Of a stretch of 64,000 nt of DNA, positions 29,777 through 37,637 are shown piece after piece (within the stretch, counting starts at the first letter, position 1; every line of letters begins with the position of its first letter). The DNA lies in the IMG/VR virus record IMGVR_UViG_3300032050_000002; one strand, written 5' to 3'. A program made the position numbers and the translations under genes. The notes below the pieces were generated by a model that searched no databases, was not told where the DNA came from, and saw only the letters and a program-made list of their open reading frames with translations. The stretch is from a virus (lineage: Duplodnaviria; Caudoviricetes).

Positions 29777-29974
29777 CATAAATAATTGACATATTGAAAA
29801 ACTCAATTATATTTATGATTGTTGACTTCGTGGGTTTTAAGTGGAAGTCACCCAATAAAAGATAGATACAGAAATGGGACTATCAACAAATTACCCTTTG
29901 ACACCTACCTAAACGGTAGGTTTTTTTATTTAAAAAAATTTGGTAAATTCAAAAAAAGTTCGTATCTTTGTATT

Positions 29975-31039
29975 ATGTTAGAGACTCTAAATAGATACTT
30001 TGAAGACGGACTTCTGTATAAACAGACTCACCCTACTCTTCCTTTAACTATATGGAATTACACCGAGAAAGTTCAATACGAGAACTTATGGGATGAAATA
30101 ACCATACAGACCAGAGGTTTGGTAACTGATGATAAGGGAAATATAGTTGCTAGACCTTTTAAAAAGTTTTTCAATTTAGAGGAAAAAAAACATACCGCAA
30201 CCCCTTACTTTGAAGTTTTCGATAAAATGGATGGTTCATTGGGGATATTGTTTAATTATGAGGGAGAATGGATAATGGCAACCAGAGGTTCATTCACCTC
30301 AGACCAAGCGGTTAAAGGATTTGAGTTACTTCAAAAATACGACTATAAAAGATTGGTTAAAGGTTTTACCTACCTATTTGAGATAATATACCCTGAGAAC
30401 AGAATAGTTGTTAATTATGGTTATGAGGATTTAATATTGTTATCTGTAATAGATAATAAAGATGGTTATGAATTAAAGATATTTGATGATTCTATCCATA
30501 TAGAAGGTATAAGATTAAGAAACCTATATAACAATTTAGGGTTTAAATTGGTTAAAAAATACGATGGTATAAAAGACTATAACACCTTAAAAAATATGGT
30601 TAAAGACAATGAAGAAGGTTTTGTGGTTAGGTTTTCAAATGGGGAAAGGGTCAAAATAAAAGGTGAAGAATATATAAGACTTCACAAAATAATGACCAAT
30701 GTATCAACCACCGGTATATGGGAAATATTAAGTACCGGTGGAAACTTTGAGGAAATACTTAAAGATGTTCCTGATGAGTTCTACAATAAAATAAAGGACT
30801 ACGAAAAAGAGTTGAGGTATCAATACTTTTCAATATCAGAATACTGCGGTAAATTACATGACGGATTTAGATATGGTAAATACGGTGATAAAGAAGAACC
30901 CACCAAAAAGGAATACGCTGAATTTGTTATGAAAAACGTAAAACCCGAATTCAGACCTATAATGTTTTTTATGTGGGATAAAAAGAATTATGACCAGATA
31001 ATATGGAAACTCATAAGACCCGAATTTAAAAAACTATAA
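29975..31039 (+). CDS. T4 Rnl1-like RNA ligase
   Basis: RGLVTD, RPFKKFFN, DKMDGSLG (KxDG), TYLFEII, EEGFVV, VKIK; start reassigned to the ATG after the -7 element. Confidence 0.9.
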   Translation: MLETLNRYFEDGLLYKQTHPTLPLTIWNYTEKVQYENLWDEITIQTRGLVTDDKGNIVARPFKKFFNLEEKKHTATPYFEVFDKMDGSLGILFNYEGEWIMATRGSFTSDQAVKGFELLQKYDYKRLVKGFTYLFEIIYPENRIVVNYGYEDLILLSVIDNKDGYELKIFDDSIHIEGIRLRNLYNNLGFKLVKKYDGIKDYNTLKNMVKDNEEGFVVRFSNGERVKIKGEEYIRLHKIMTNVSTTGIWEILSTGGNFEEILKDVPDEFYNKIKDYEKELRYQYFSISEYCGKLHDGFRYGKYGDKEEPTKKEYAEFVMKNVKPEFRPIMFFMWDKKNYDQIIWKLIRPEFKKL

Positions 31040-32155
31040 TTAAAAGAATGGACAAGCGTCAACTGATGTTGATTTTTTTCTTGGATTTTTTGTTGTTTCT
31101 AAATTAATAAAAATTTTAGGTAATTTAATTTTTAAACCTTTTTTTGCTCTTTTTACAAAATTTATTTTGTATTTTGTTGATTTAATTTCTGTTAACTCAG
31201 GTTGTTCATTAGGGTCAGTTTGTTCTTCTTGTGCCGGAACATTAAATATAACATCTAAATCAACGTCCAATTTTTTGTATTGTTCGTAGTTAGGTCTATC
31301 TTCATTTTTTCCAGTCCATTTAGGTCCTGATGTTCCATTTTTGTTTTCACCTAAAAAATTTGTAGTTACTTTGGTAGTTTGATTAACTAAAACACCTAGT
31401 TTAGTTAATTCACTTATGATATAATCTTTTGCGGTTTTATTTCTTAAACTAGATAATTGTTGAAATGTATATTTTTTACCATCAGGAGAAACCCCATTTG
31501 GTAGTGTAGAACAAGAAGTCTCAACATTTATTGATTGTAAAAATGCCTTTGGTTTACCTTCTTGAGGTTCAGGTATGGATTTCAATTTTTCTTGTATTGG
31601 GTCTAAAATATCGGTTTTAACCGCTTGTATAAATTCGTCAGTTACCTCATAATAATTGTCCTTAAAAAATTTAGTACTTGGACTAAGGTTGGCAGGAAAT
31701 ACAAAAGGAACTACCGGAAATTTTGGAGTAACTGGAATCACCGACTCTTTTGGTTGTACTGTGGTGGATGTTGACATTAATACAGTTACAAGGTCCCATT
31801 TTTTTTCAGGGTAAGTTGCATTAAATTGTTCTAATGCCGCAACAGCGTGTCCTTTTTCATTTGGGTCTGCTTTGAATTTTTCCCAAACTTTTTTTGATTG
31901 GGAGTTCATAAGTCCGACCATTGTTGACTCACTATCTTTTAAATATTTATCCCAATCTTGTTGAGGTGTTAAAATCTTATAGTTAGTATCTTGAGTATCA
32001 AACGACATAGATTGACGTTTTGTTCCGGTATCGATTAACGTTTTTCCTCTTCCTTTTGCAATTCTAACAGTTAATTGTTCGTTAATAGAGTTATTTTTAA
32101 AATTAATAAGTTCTTTAACTCTAATTATTTCATTTAATAATGTCTTATTTTCCAT
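31040..32155 (-). CDS. Protein with LLNE/SINE leader and possible OmpA-like peptidoglycan-binding domain
   Basis: FFKDNYYEV...INVETSCS...QLSSLRNKTAKDYI pattern; weak. Confidence 0.45.
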   Translation of the reverse strand: MENKTLLNEIIRVKELINFKNNSINEQLTVRIAKGRGKTLIDTGTKRQSMSFDTQDTNYKILTPQQDWDKYLKDSESTMVGLMNSQSKKVWEKFKADPNEKGHAVAALEQFNATYPEKKWDLVTVLMSTSTTVQPKESVIPVTPKFPVVPFVFPANLSPSTKFFKDNYYEVTDEFIQAVKTDILDPIQEKLKSIPEPQEGKPKAFLQSINVETSCSTLPNGVSPDGKKYTFQQLSSLRNKTAKDYIISELTKLGVLVNQTTKVTTNFLGENKNGTSGPKWTGKNEDRPNYEQYKKLDVDLDVIFNVPAQEEQTDPNEQPELTEIKSTKYKINFVKRAKKGLKIKLPKIFINLETTKNPRKKSTSVDACPFF

Positions 32156-32249
32156 TTTACTTATTTATTTATAATAAATATTAGTGATTTAATAATAATT
32201 AATATTAATAATATATTTATATTTTAAATAACCCTTAAAGTAATAATAA

Positions 32250-32588
32250 ATGGAACAACAATTTTATACTATATTAATAACATTAATAACGGTATTAAGT
32301 TCTACTGCGGCATGGAAATTCTACGAAAGAAGACTTAGTTTAAAGGCTAAAAAAGACGAGGACAGTACAATGGATGGAAGACTTTTCAGAGATGATTTGA
32401 GAGATAGAGTTGTTAAATTAGAGACTTTACTAACAGAATCTTCAAAAGAAAAAGATAAAATGAGAGAAAATATCGTTTCATTAACATCACAAGTTTCAAG
32501 ACTAGAAGTTGAAGTTGAGTTTCTAAGAAAAGATAATGAATCTTTAAGGTCTGAAAATAATTTATTAAGGGCAACATATAAAATATGA
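32250..32588 (+). CDS. N-terminal TM + coiled-coil protein
   Basis: Hydrophobic N-terminus then heptad repeats. Confidence 0.6.
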   Translation: MEQQFYTILITLITVLSSTAAWKFYERRLSLKAKKDEDSTMDGRLFRDDLRDRVVKLETLLTESSKEKDKMRENIVSLTSQVSRLEVEVEFLRKDNESLRSENNLLRATYKI

Positions 32589-33100
32589 AAAAAATATTAA
32601 TAGAAGAATTAATCAAACCAACATCTACGTCAAATGTTAATGTCGGTAAAATCACTTCAATTGAAAAATCAATATTTGATGACATTGATTCATCAGCGAG
32701 TGCCTCCAAAGTTAAAGTTAATTTATTAGGTTCAACTTTATCAGGAATGAGTGTATCGTTAGGATTTACACCTATATCAAATGATAAAACAGAAATAGGA
32801 GCATTAGTTGATACTTTCGCAAATACAATTTCAAGTAAAGGATATAAAAAAGATAATTTACCAAAAGGATATGTTTGGAAAAAAGGTCAAGACAATAGTG
32901 TAAGTTTTGTGATTTATAATAATACAACTGGAGTGAATATTGACCTTAGTAAGATTACCACAGGAGCGTCATCAGAGTTAAATCCTGATGCGGCGGCGTT
33001 AAAAATTATGACCGCTGCGGCGTCTAAAGCAATGCCGGGGGTGATGTCAGAATCAATTAATTATGAGATAATAAGAATTAAAAATTTAATGAGTTTATGA
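32585..33100 (+). CDS. Hypothetical protein
   Basis: ORF track; ends SESINYEIIRIKNLM. Confidence 0.6.
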   Translation: MKKILIEELIKPTSTSNVNVGKITSIEKSIFDDIDSSASASKVKVNLLGSTLSGMSVSLGFTPISNDKTEIGALVDTFANTISSKGYKKDNLPKGYVWKKGQDNSVSFVIYNNTTGVNIDLSKITTGASSELNPDAAALKIMTAAASKAMPGVMSESINYEIIRIKNLMSL

Positions 33101-33666
33101 AATTTAAACATCCTGTAGATACAATGTCTATTGAAAATTTATTACAAAATAAAATAAAATACAATTCACTAAAAGGGACAAAAGTAGTGATGCCTTATAA
33201 AGGTACAATCAAAGATTTTGATTCTAATACTTGTAACGGAAAATTAGAAATTAAACATAAAATAGACGGAAAAAAATATACTTCTGTTTTGTGTGGAGTT
33301 GAATCTGTATCAAAAAGTAGTTCAGAATTATCTGAGGGTGAAGAAATTGCGGAAATGTCAGGAAACAATCTTATTTGGATGTTAGTTGACCAAGCGGGAG
33401 ATACTCAAAATATTTATGATATTTTTAAAGACAAAGATGATAAAAATAGTGAGGAAAATAAATCAAAGGAAAATAAATCAAAAGAAAACAAATCTGTAAA
33501 ACAATCAAAAGATTATGGTTTTAAAGCCGACCCAATAACAAAAAGATTAATTGATTTAACTACAACACCTTTAAAATTAGTAAATAAATTCTTAGGTGAC
33601 AATAAAAACAAAGATGAAGATAAATTGACTGAAGAAATAAATAGAATTAAACAATTACTAAAATAA
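33097..33666 (+). CDS. Degenerate M23-like (duplicated hybrid motif) protein
   Basis: HPVD...VVMPYKGTI...CNGKLEIKH...YTSVLCGV...EGEEIA fits the fold pattern but lacks the HxxxD/HxH metal ligands. Confidence 0.45.
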   Translation: MKFKHPVDTMSIENLLQNKIKYNSLKGTKVVMPYKGTIKDFDSNTCNGKLEIKHKIDGKKYTSVLCGVESVSKSSSELSEGEEIAEMSGNNLIWMLVDQAGDTQNIYDIFKDKDDKNSEENKSKENKSKENKSVKQSKDYGFKADPITKRLIDLTTTPLKLVNKFLGDNKNKDEDKLTEEINRIKQLLK

Positions 33667-33692
33667 AAAAATCCCCTTTTAGGGGATTTTTT
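33666..33692. terminator. Bidirectional intrinsic terminator
   Basis: AAAAAATCCCC-TTTTA-GGGGATTTTTT. Confidence 0.8.
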
Positions 33693-33716
33693 GTTTCTAA
33701 TAGACACGTTTCTCTA

Positions 33717-33896
33717 TTACTTTACTTCTTTTGTTGAGTCCGCCGCAACAACAGTTGCGGTGTCAACAGGTTTAACTGAATTAGTGTCAACCACAACTAC
33801 CGCAGTTGAATCTGTTTTAGGAGCCTCTGACTCACCACCTCCACAAGAAGTTAACGTTACCGTTAAAATTGCTAATACTAAAATTACTTTTTTCAT
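33717..33896 (-). CDS. 59-aa Bacteroidota-type lipoprotein (real ORF is opposite the + ORF listed in the track)
   Basis: Manual translation MKKVILVLAILTVTLTSCGGGESEAPKTDSTAVVVVDTNSVKPVDTATVVAADSTKEVK*; lipobox LTS/C. Confidence 0.8.
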   Translation of the reverse strand: MKKVILVLAILTVTLTSCGGGESEAPKTDSTAVVVVDTNSVKPVDTATVVAADSTKEVK

Positions 33897-33992
33897 TTTT
33901 TAAATTATTGTTTATTTCGTTTAATAAATAGTTGATTAAACCCGATAAGTCAACAAAATTTAATTTTTATTTTAAAAAATTTTATTTTTTTC

Positions 33993-34387
33993 TTGTTAAT
34001 TAAGATTTTTTTATTACCTTTGTAAAACATTTGAGGAAAGGTTAATATTTATAGTTTCTCGAATGAAAAAAAAAGTTTGAGAAAAATTTGGTAAATTAAA
34101 AAATTCTTCTTATCTTTGTAAAACAAATCGGGAATGTCCGATTAGTTCTTTGAAAAAAAAGTTTTAGAAAAATTTGGTAAATCCAAAAATAATTCTTACC
34201 TTTGTAAAAGAAAATCGGAGTAAAAAACTGATAGATTCTTTGAAAAAGAAGTTTAAGAAAAGTTTGACAGAACAGAAAATTTTTCTTAACTTTGTAAAGA
34301 GTTTGAAAGTGGGAATGAGGTCATAAAGATTCCTTACTTAGTAAGGTTATAAAGGTTCCTCACCACAATCAACTCGGTTCTTTGAAA
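33993..34387 (+). promoter_or_regulatory. Four tandem Bacteroidota sigma-A promoters with three hairpin + boxA-like elements
   Basis: -7 TAnnTTTG at 34015, 34111, 34197, 34287; -33 TTTG at 34087, 34173, 34263 (20-nt spacers); (G/A)TTCTTTGAAA at 34145, 34235, 34377. Confidence 0.85.
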
Positions 34388-34394
34388 TATTGAA

Positions 34395-35247
34395 TTATCC
34401 ATTCAGTCCTCGATTATGAGACCTTCGGGTTGATTATGAGGGGATACTGATAAATGATAATCGGCCGTATATGGTCGTTAAATAAACTACGAAAGTAGGA
34501 TAAAGTGGGGTCACCTGTGTTAGTGATTCTGCGGCTCGGGAAACTGAGCTCGAGTATACAAGTGGGATATCATCCGACCTTTAGTACTGAGGGCAACGCT
34601 TTAGGGAAAGTGGTTTGGTGACCGAGCAATGTGGATTGTTAGGTTGAGTTCGGAAGAACAATAAGAATAACTCATAGGAATCCTGTAAAAGGTGTGGTTA
34701 TCCGACCATATTATTGCGGTTTCCAATTTAAAAGTGGACTTAAAACCGAAAGGTAAGATGGAGAACGAGTGGTGTCGCTACCGTCCTTATTAACGACCCG
34801 CCAAGGTTGTGATATGAAGTAAACTTAAAGAATGGAGATGGGGACATTTCACGGAGTAGTTTGGCATTCAGTTGTTCAAAAGATGACTGAACCTAAGGCA
34901 GACCACTACTTCGATTAATCCACGACACGTACTTAAATAAACTAAAAATTTGTTCAAAGGAAAAGTGTCTGTCAGGTATCGATGAAAGGTGACTACATAG
35001 TAATGAGTCGTTCATTGCACACGAAGACCCCAAGTCTGAATGTAATCTTACCAAAAACCTCTAGTTCCGCAAGAACGAGTTGGGGAGGCATCCTCGAAGA
35101 GAGTTGAGTAATAAGAGAGTAATTGATACCTCAAGGAGTGGTTTACCTAAATAACCGTCACTGAGGAATACTTTCCAAAAAAAAGTGGAAATGTGAGGAA
35201 CTAATAATCTCACTAAAGGTTCTCAAGTAATGGTGTATTCTCAGCCA
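34395..35247 (+). ncRNA. Large (~850 nt) ornate structured RNA, GOLLD-like
   Basis: No credible ORF, raised GC, many UUCG/GNRA-capped hairpins (34421-30, 34487-98, 34514-29, 34745-54), long-range AGTGGT(34768)/ACCACT(34902), size, tRNA adjacency and a 3' end (GTATTCTCAG) resembling my recollection of GOLLD. Boundaries approximate. Confidence 0.7.
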
Positions 35248-35265
35248 TGATTTAACAAAAAATAG

Positions 35266-35340
35266 TGCGGGTCAGAGAAATGGTAACTCGTTAGGCTCAT
35301 AACCTAAAGACGGATGGTTCGATTCCATCACCCGCTACCA
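35266..35340 (+). tRNA. tRNA-Met (CAT), initiator-like, CCA encoded
   Basis: GCGGGT/ACCCGC acceptor with unpaired U1:U72, A11:U24, TTAGG-CTCATAA-CCTAA anticodon arm, GATGG-TTCGATT-CCATC T arm, ACCA end. Confidence 0.92.
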
Positions 35341-35400
35341 AGTGACTCCAATAGAAAGTGTTTGACTTTAACACTAAACGATAATGAGTTTAAACTTTTC

Positions 35401-35740
35401 ATCCAAAAACATAAGTTCGGTTGTTATATTGTGTGTTTTATAGTTTTTGTTGTTCACGATTTCATCCTGTGTAAGGAAAAAATGAATACAAAAAAACTGA
35501 TGTTGAGTCCTAAATACACGACTCACCCGTCTAAAGGAAAAAAACTGTACGAAACCGATTTTTTAGGGTGTGGTAGTTTGTGATAACCACAAGGTCTTCA
35601 GGTGATTCAAGAAAGACCGAAAACACACAAACGTAAATTGGTTTAACCAACGTCACAACTCACGTAAGTAGTTACAATATGGTTCACTCACCATAATAGT
35701 AAGGTTTAAAAGTTATCCTTGTGAAAGAAACTTATGGCTT
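35401..35740 (+). ncRNA. Unclassified ~330-nt multi-stem RNA candidate
   Basis: Long-range stems 35410-17/35729-36 and 35429-39/35620-30, possible pseudoknot 35417-22/35553-58, and at least six local hairpins. Confidence 0.65.
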
Positions 35741-35742
35741 AG

Positions 35743-35787
35743 AAGGGAGATATCGATTTAGCCAACGATGTCTCCCTTTTTTATTTT
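35743..35787 (+). terminator. Intrinsic terminator closing the ncRNA cluster
   Basis: AAGGGAGATATCG...CGATGTCTCCCTT followed by a T-run. Confidence 0.85.
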
Positions 35788-35812
35788 GTACTTTTTCATA
35801 TATTTATTTAAT

Positions 35813-36415
35813 ATGAGAAATTTCTTTTTTTATATTCTTTTTAGTTTATCACTATTAAAATCATTTTCTCAATGTAGCGGTAATTTAACTTTTACTTTAA
35901 CTCCATCCCCACCAGTCGGTGGTTATACTCCAGGAACAACAGTTAATGTCTGTGTTACTTTACAAAGTTTTACTCAAACAGGAAGTAATTGGTTTGAAGG
36001 TTTTGATATTAATTTAGGTTCAGGTTGGACTAATGTTACTCCGGTATCATCACCCGCAAATTGTGGTGGAAATAGTACTGGTGGTCAATGGTTATGGATG
36101 ACATCAGTAACATCAGACGCGACCCCATCAGTTACCGTGGGACCCGGATATTTTTTTGATAGAAATAGTGATGGAAATCCTGGAAATGATTATGGTGATA
36201 GTAATGGTTCAAATTGTACTTGGACTATGTGTTTTAGTGTTAGGGTTTCTCAAAATTGTATTCCTCAAAATTTATTAATAGAAGTGGCTGCGGCTGCTGA
36301 CGGAGTTTGGGGTAGTTACACAAGTACAGCATGTGATAATGTTAATTACGTTAATATATACACAGGAACAAGTAGCGCAACTCCTGTTGTTTTAGGTGCT
36401 ATAAGTCATAATTAA
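35813..36415 (+). CDS. Secreted beta-rich protein, C-terminus LGAISHN
   Basis: Bacteroidota-type signal peptide ending SFSQ/C; paired Cys; start reassigned to MRNFF. Confidence 0.75.
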   Translation: MRNFFFYILFSLSLLKSFSQCSGNLTFTLTPSPPVGGYTPGTTVNVCVTLQSFTQTGSNWFEGFDINLGSGWTNVTPVSSPANCGGNSTGGQWLWMTSVTSDATPSVTVGPGYFFDRNSDGNPGNDYGDSNGSNCTWTMCFSVRVSQNCIPQNLLIEVAAAADGVWGSYTSTACDNVNYVNIYTGTSSATPVVLGAISHN

Positions 36416-36426
36416 AAAATAAAAAA

Positions 36427-36996
36427 ATGAAAAAGTTACTCTTAATTCTATTCACAATGTTAACCACAATATCTTTTGCTCAGTTAACAACTAATAACCC
36501 TGATACAATTTGTCCCAATGCTACGGGCTCAATTTATCAAGTCCCATCGTTAGGTGCTGGGTTTAATTATACTTGGACTGTAGTATCTCCAGGAACAATA
36601 ACCGCAGGTGCTGGAACAAATCAAATTACGGTTAATTGGGGTTCATTACCCGCAGGATTAAATACAAACGCGGTAAGTGTAATTGCGACTAATACTGTTA
36701 CAGGATGTCAAAGTCAACCCGTTAATCTAAATGTGTTTGTATTAACATTAACACCGACAATTACTTCAATAGGACCTTTTTGTCAAGGAGCTCCTTGTGT
36801 TAATTTAGTTGGAACTCCGTCAGGTGGTTTATTTAGTGGAACAGGTGTAGTGAGTAATCAATTCTGTCCTACAACAAGTGGAGTAGGTTCTTTTACTGTT
36901 ACTTACACTGTAACTCAAAATGGTTGTAACTTTAGTACATCAACAACAGTTGTTGTTGGTCAAAACCCTGTATTAGCTCCAATACAACATAATTAA
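36427..36996 (+). CDS. Secreted PKD/Ig-like domain protein, C-terminus LAPIQHN
   Basis: Signal peptide ending SFA/Q; YTWTVVSPGTITAGAGTNQITVNW; GTPSGGLFSGTGV...FCP...VTYT. Confidence 0.8.
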   Translation: MKKLLLILFTMLTTISFAQLTTNNPDTICPNATGSIYQVPSLGAGFNYTWTVVSPGTITAGAGTNQITVNWGSLPAGLNTNAVSVIATNTVTGCQSQPVNLNVFVLTLTPTITSIGPFCQGAPCVNLVGTPSGGLFSGTGVVSNQFCPTTSGVGSFTVTYTVTQNGCNFSTSTTVVVGQNPVLAPIQHN

Positions 36997-36997
36997 A

Positions 36998-37567
36998 ATG
37001 AAAAAATTATTCTATATATTTTGTTTTTTATTTCCTTTGTTTGGTTATACACAACAAGTAGTAGAATTGTGTGATGACGGACAAACAACATTTACTTATA
37101 GTTCCCCCCAAAGATTATCAGGTGTTAATGTTTGGACTTTAAATCCTGGTACAGGTAGTAGTGATGTTTTTGTTAATGAGTTTAGATATACTTGGACTGA
37201 AATAGGCGAATATAAATTAAGATTAATTTTTATAACAAATACTGGATGTTATGATAGTACTTTTTATACAATAAAAGTAATTCCTTGTACTCAAACATTT
37301 ATGTGGTTTCCAAATGCTTTTACCCCTACTGGAGATGTTGAAAATGAAACATGGTCACCCAAAGGAATTAATTATACCGACTTACAATATTCAATTTATA
37401 ATAGATGGGGTGAATTAGTTTTTAATTCTAATTCTGAAGATAAACCTTGGGACGGTACATTAAATAATAAACCTTGTCAAACAGATGTTTATATTTTTGT
37501 TTGTTTTTGGAAGGGGATAGACAAACGTAATTACAAAAAATACGGTCATATTAGTTTAATTAGATAA
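36998..37567 (+). CDS. T9SS type-B sorting (gliding-motility-associated CHU_C) domain protein
   Basis: FPNAFTPTGD..NETW, IYNRWGELVF, WDGT, DVYIF, GHISLIR. Confidence 0.9.
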   Translation: MKKLFYIFCFLFPLFGYTQQVVELCDDGQTTFTYSSPQRLSGVNVWTLNPGTGSSDVFVNEFRYTWTEIGEYKLRLIFITNTGCYDSTFYTIKVIPCTQTFMWFPNAFTPTGDVENETWSPKGINYTDLQYSIYNRWGELVFNSNSEDKPWDGTLNNKPCQTDVYIFVCFWKGIDKRNYKKYGHISLIR

Positions 37568-37637
37568 TCTTTATCTTCCACTTAAAATTACTATTTTTAT
37601 TTTACCCTTGAGGTATAAACAATTTAATCTTTGTAAA

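Noticed and set aside
29820-29880. HDV-like ribozyme (AATGGGAC resembles the HDV 3' end)
   Set aside because: I could not build P1, P3 and P1.1 in the required nested order.
8439-29974. N-terminal extensions such as MYLCIM, MYLCSM and the long leader on the RNA ligase
   Set aside because: They translate the promoter itself (TATCTTTGTATT); the true starts are the downstream ATGs.
33691-33903. Plus-strand 70-aa ORF in the track
   Set aside because: It is the antisense shadow of the minus-strand lipoprotein 33717-33896.
34395-35247. rRNA fragment or group I/II intron
   Set aside because: No recognisable universally conserved 16S/23S signatures, no group I P7 core or group II domain V, and no interrupted host gene.
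35314-35583. 89-aa ORF in the track
   Set aside because: It starts inside the tRNA-Met T arm and overlaps a strongly structured region; most likely spurious.
35401-35740. RNase P RNA (AGGAAA at 35474, GGCTTA near 35736) or hammerhead (CTGATG at 35497, GAAAC at 35551)
   Set aside because: The P4 strands do not pair as required, and the hammerhead core lacks CUGANGA and the three-stem geometry.
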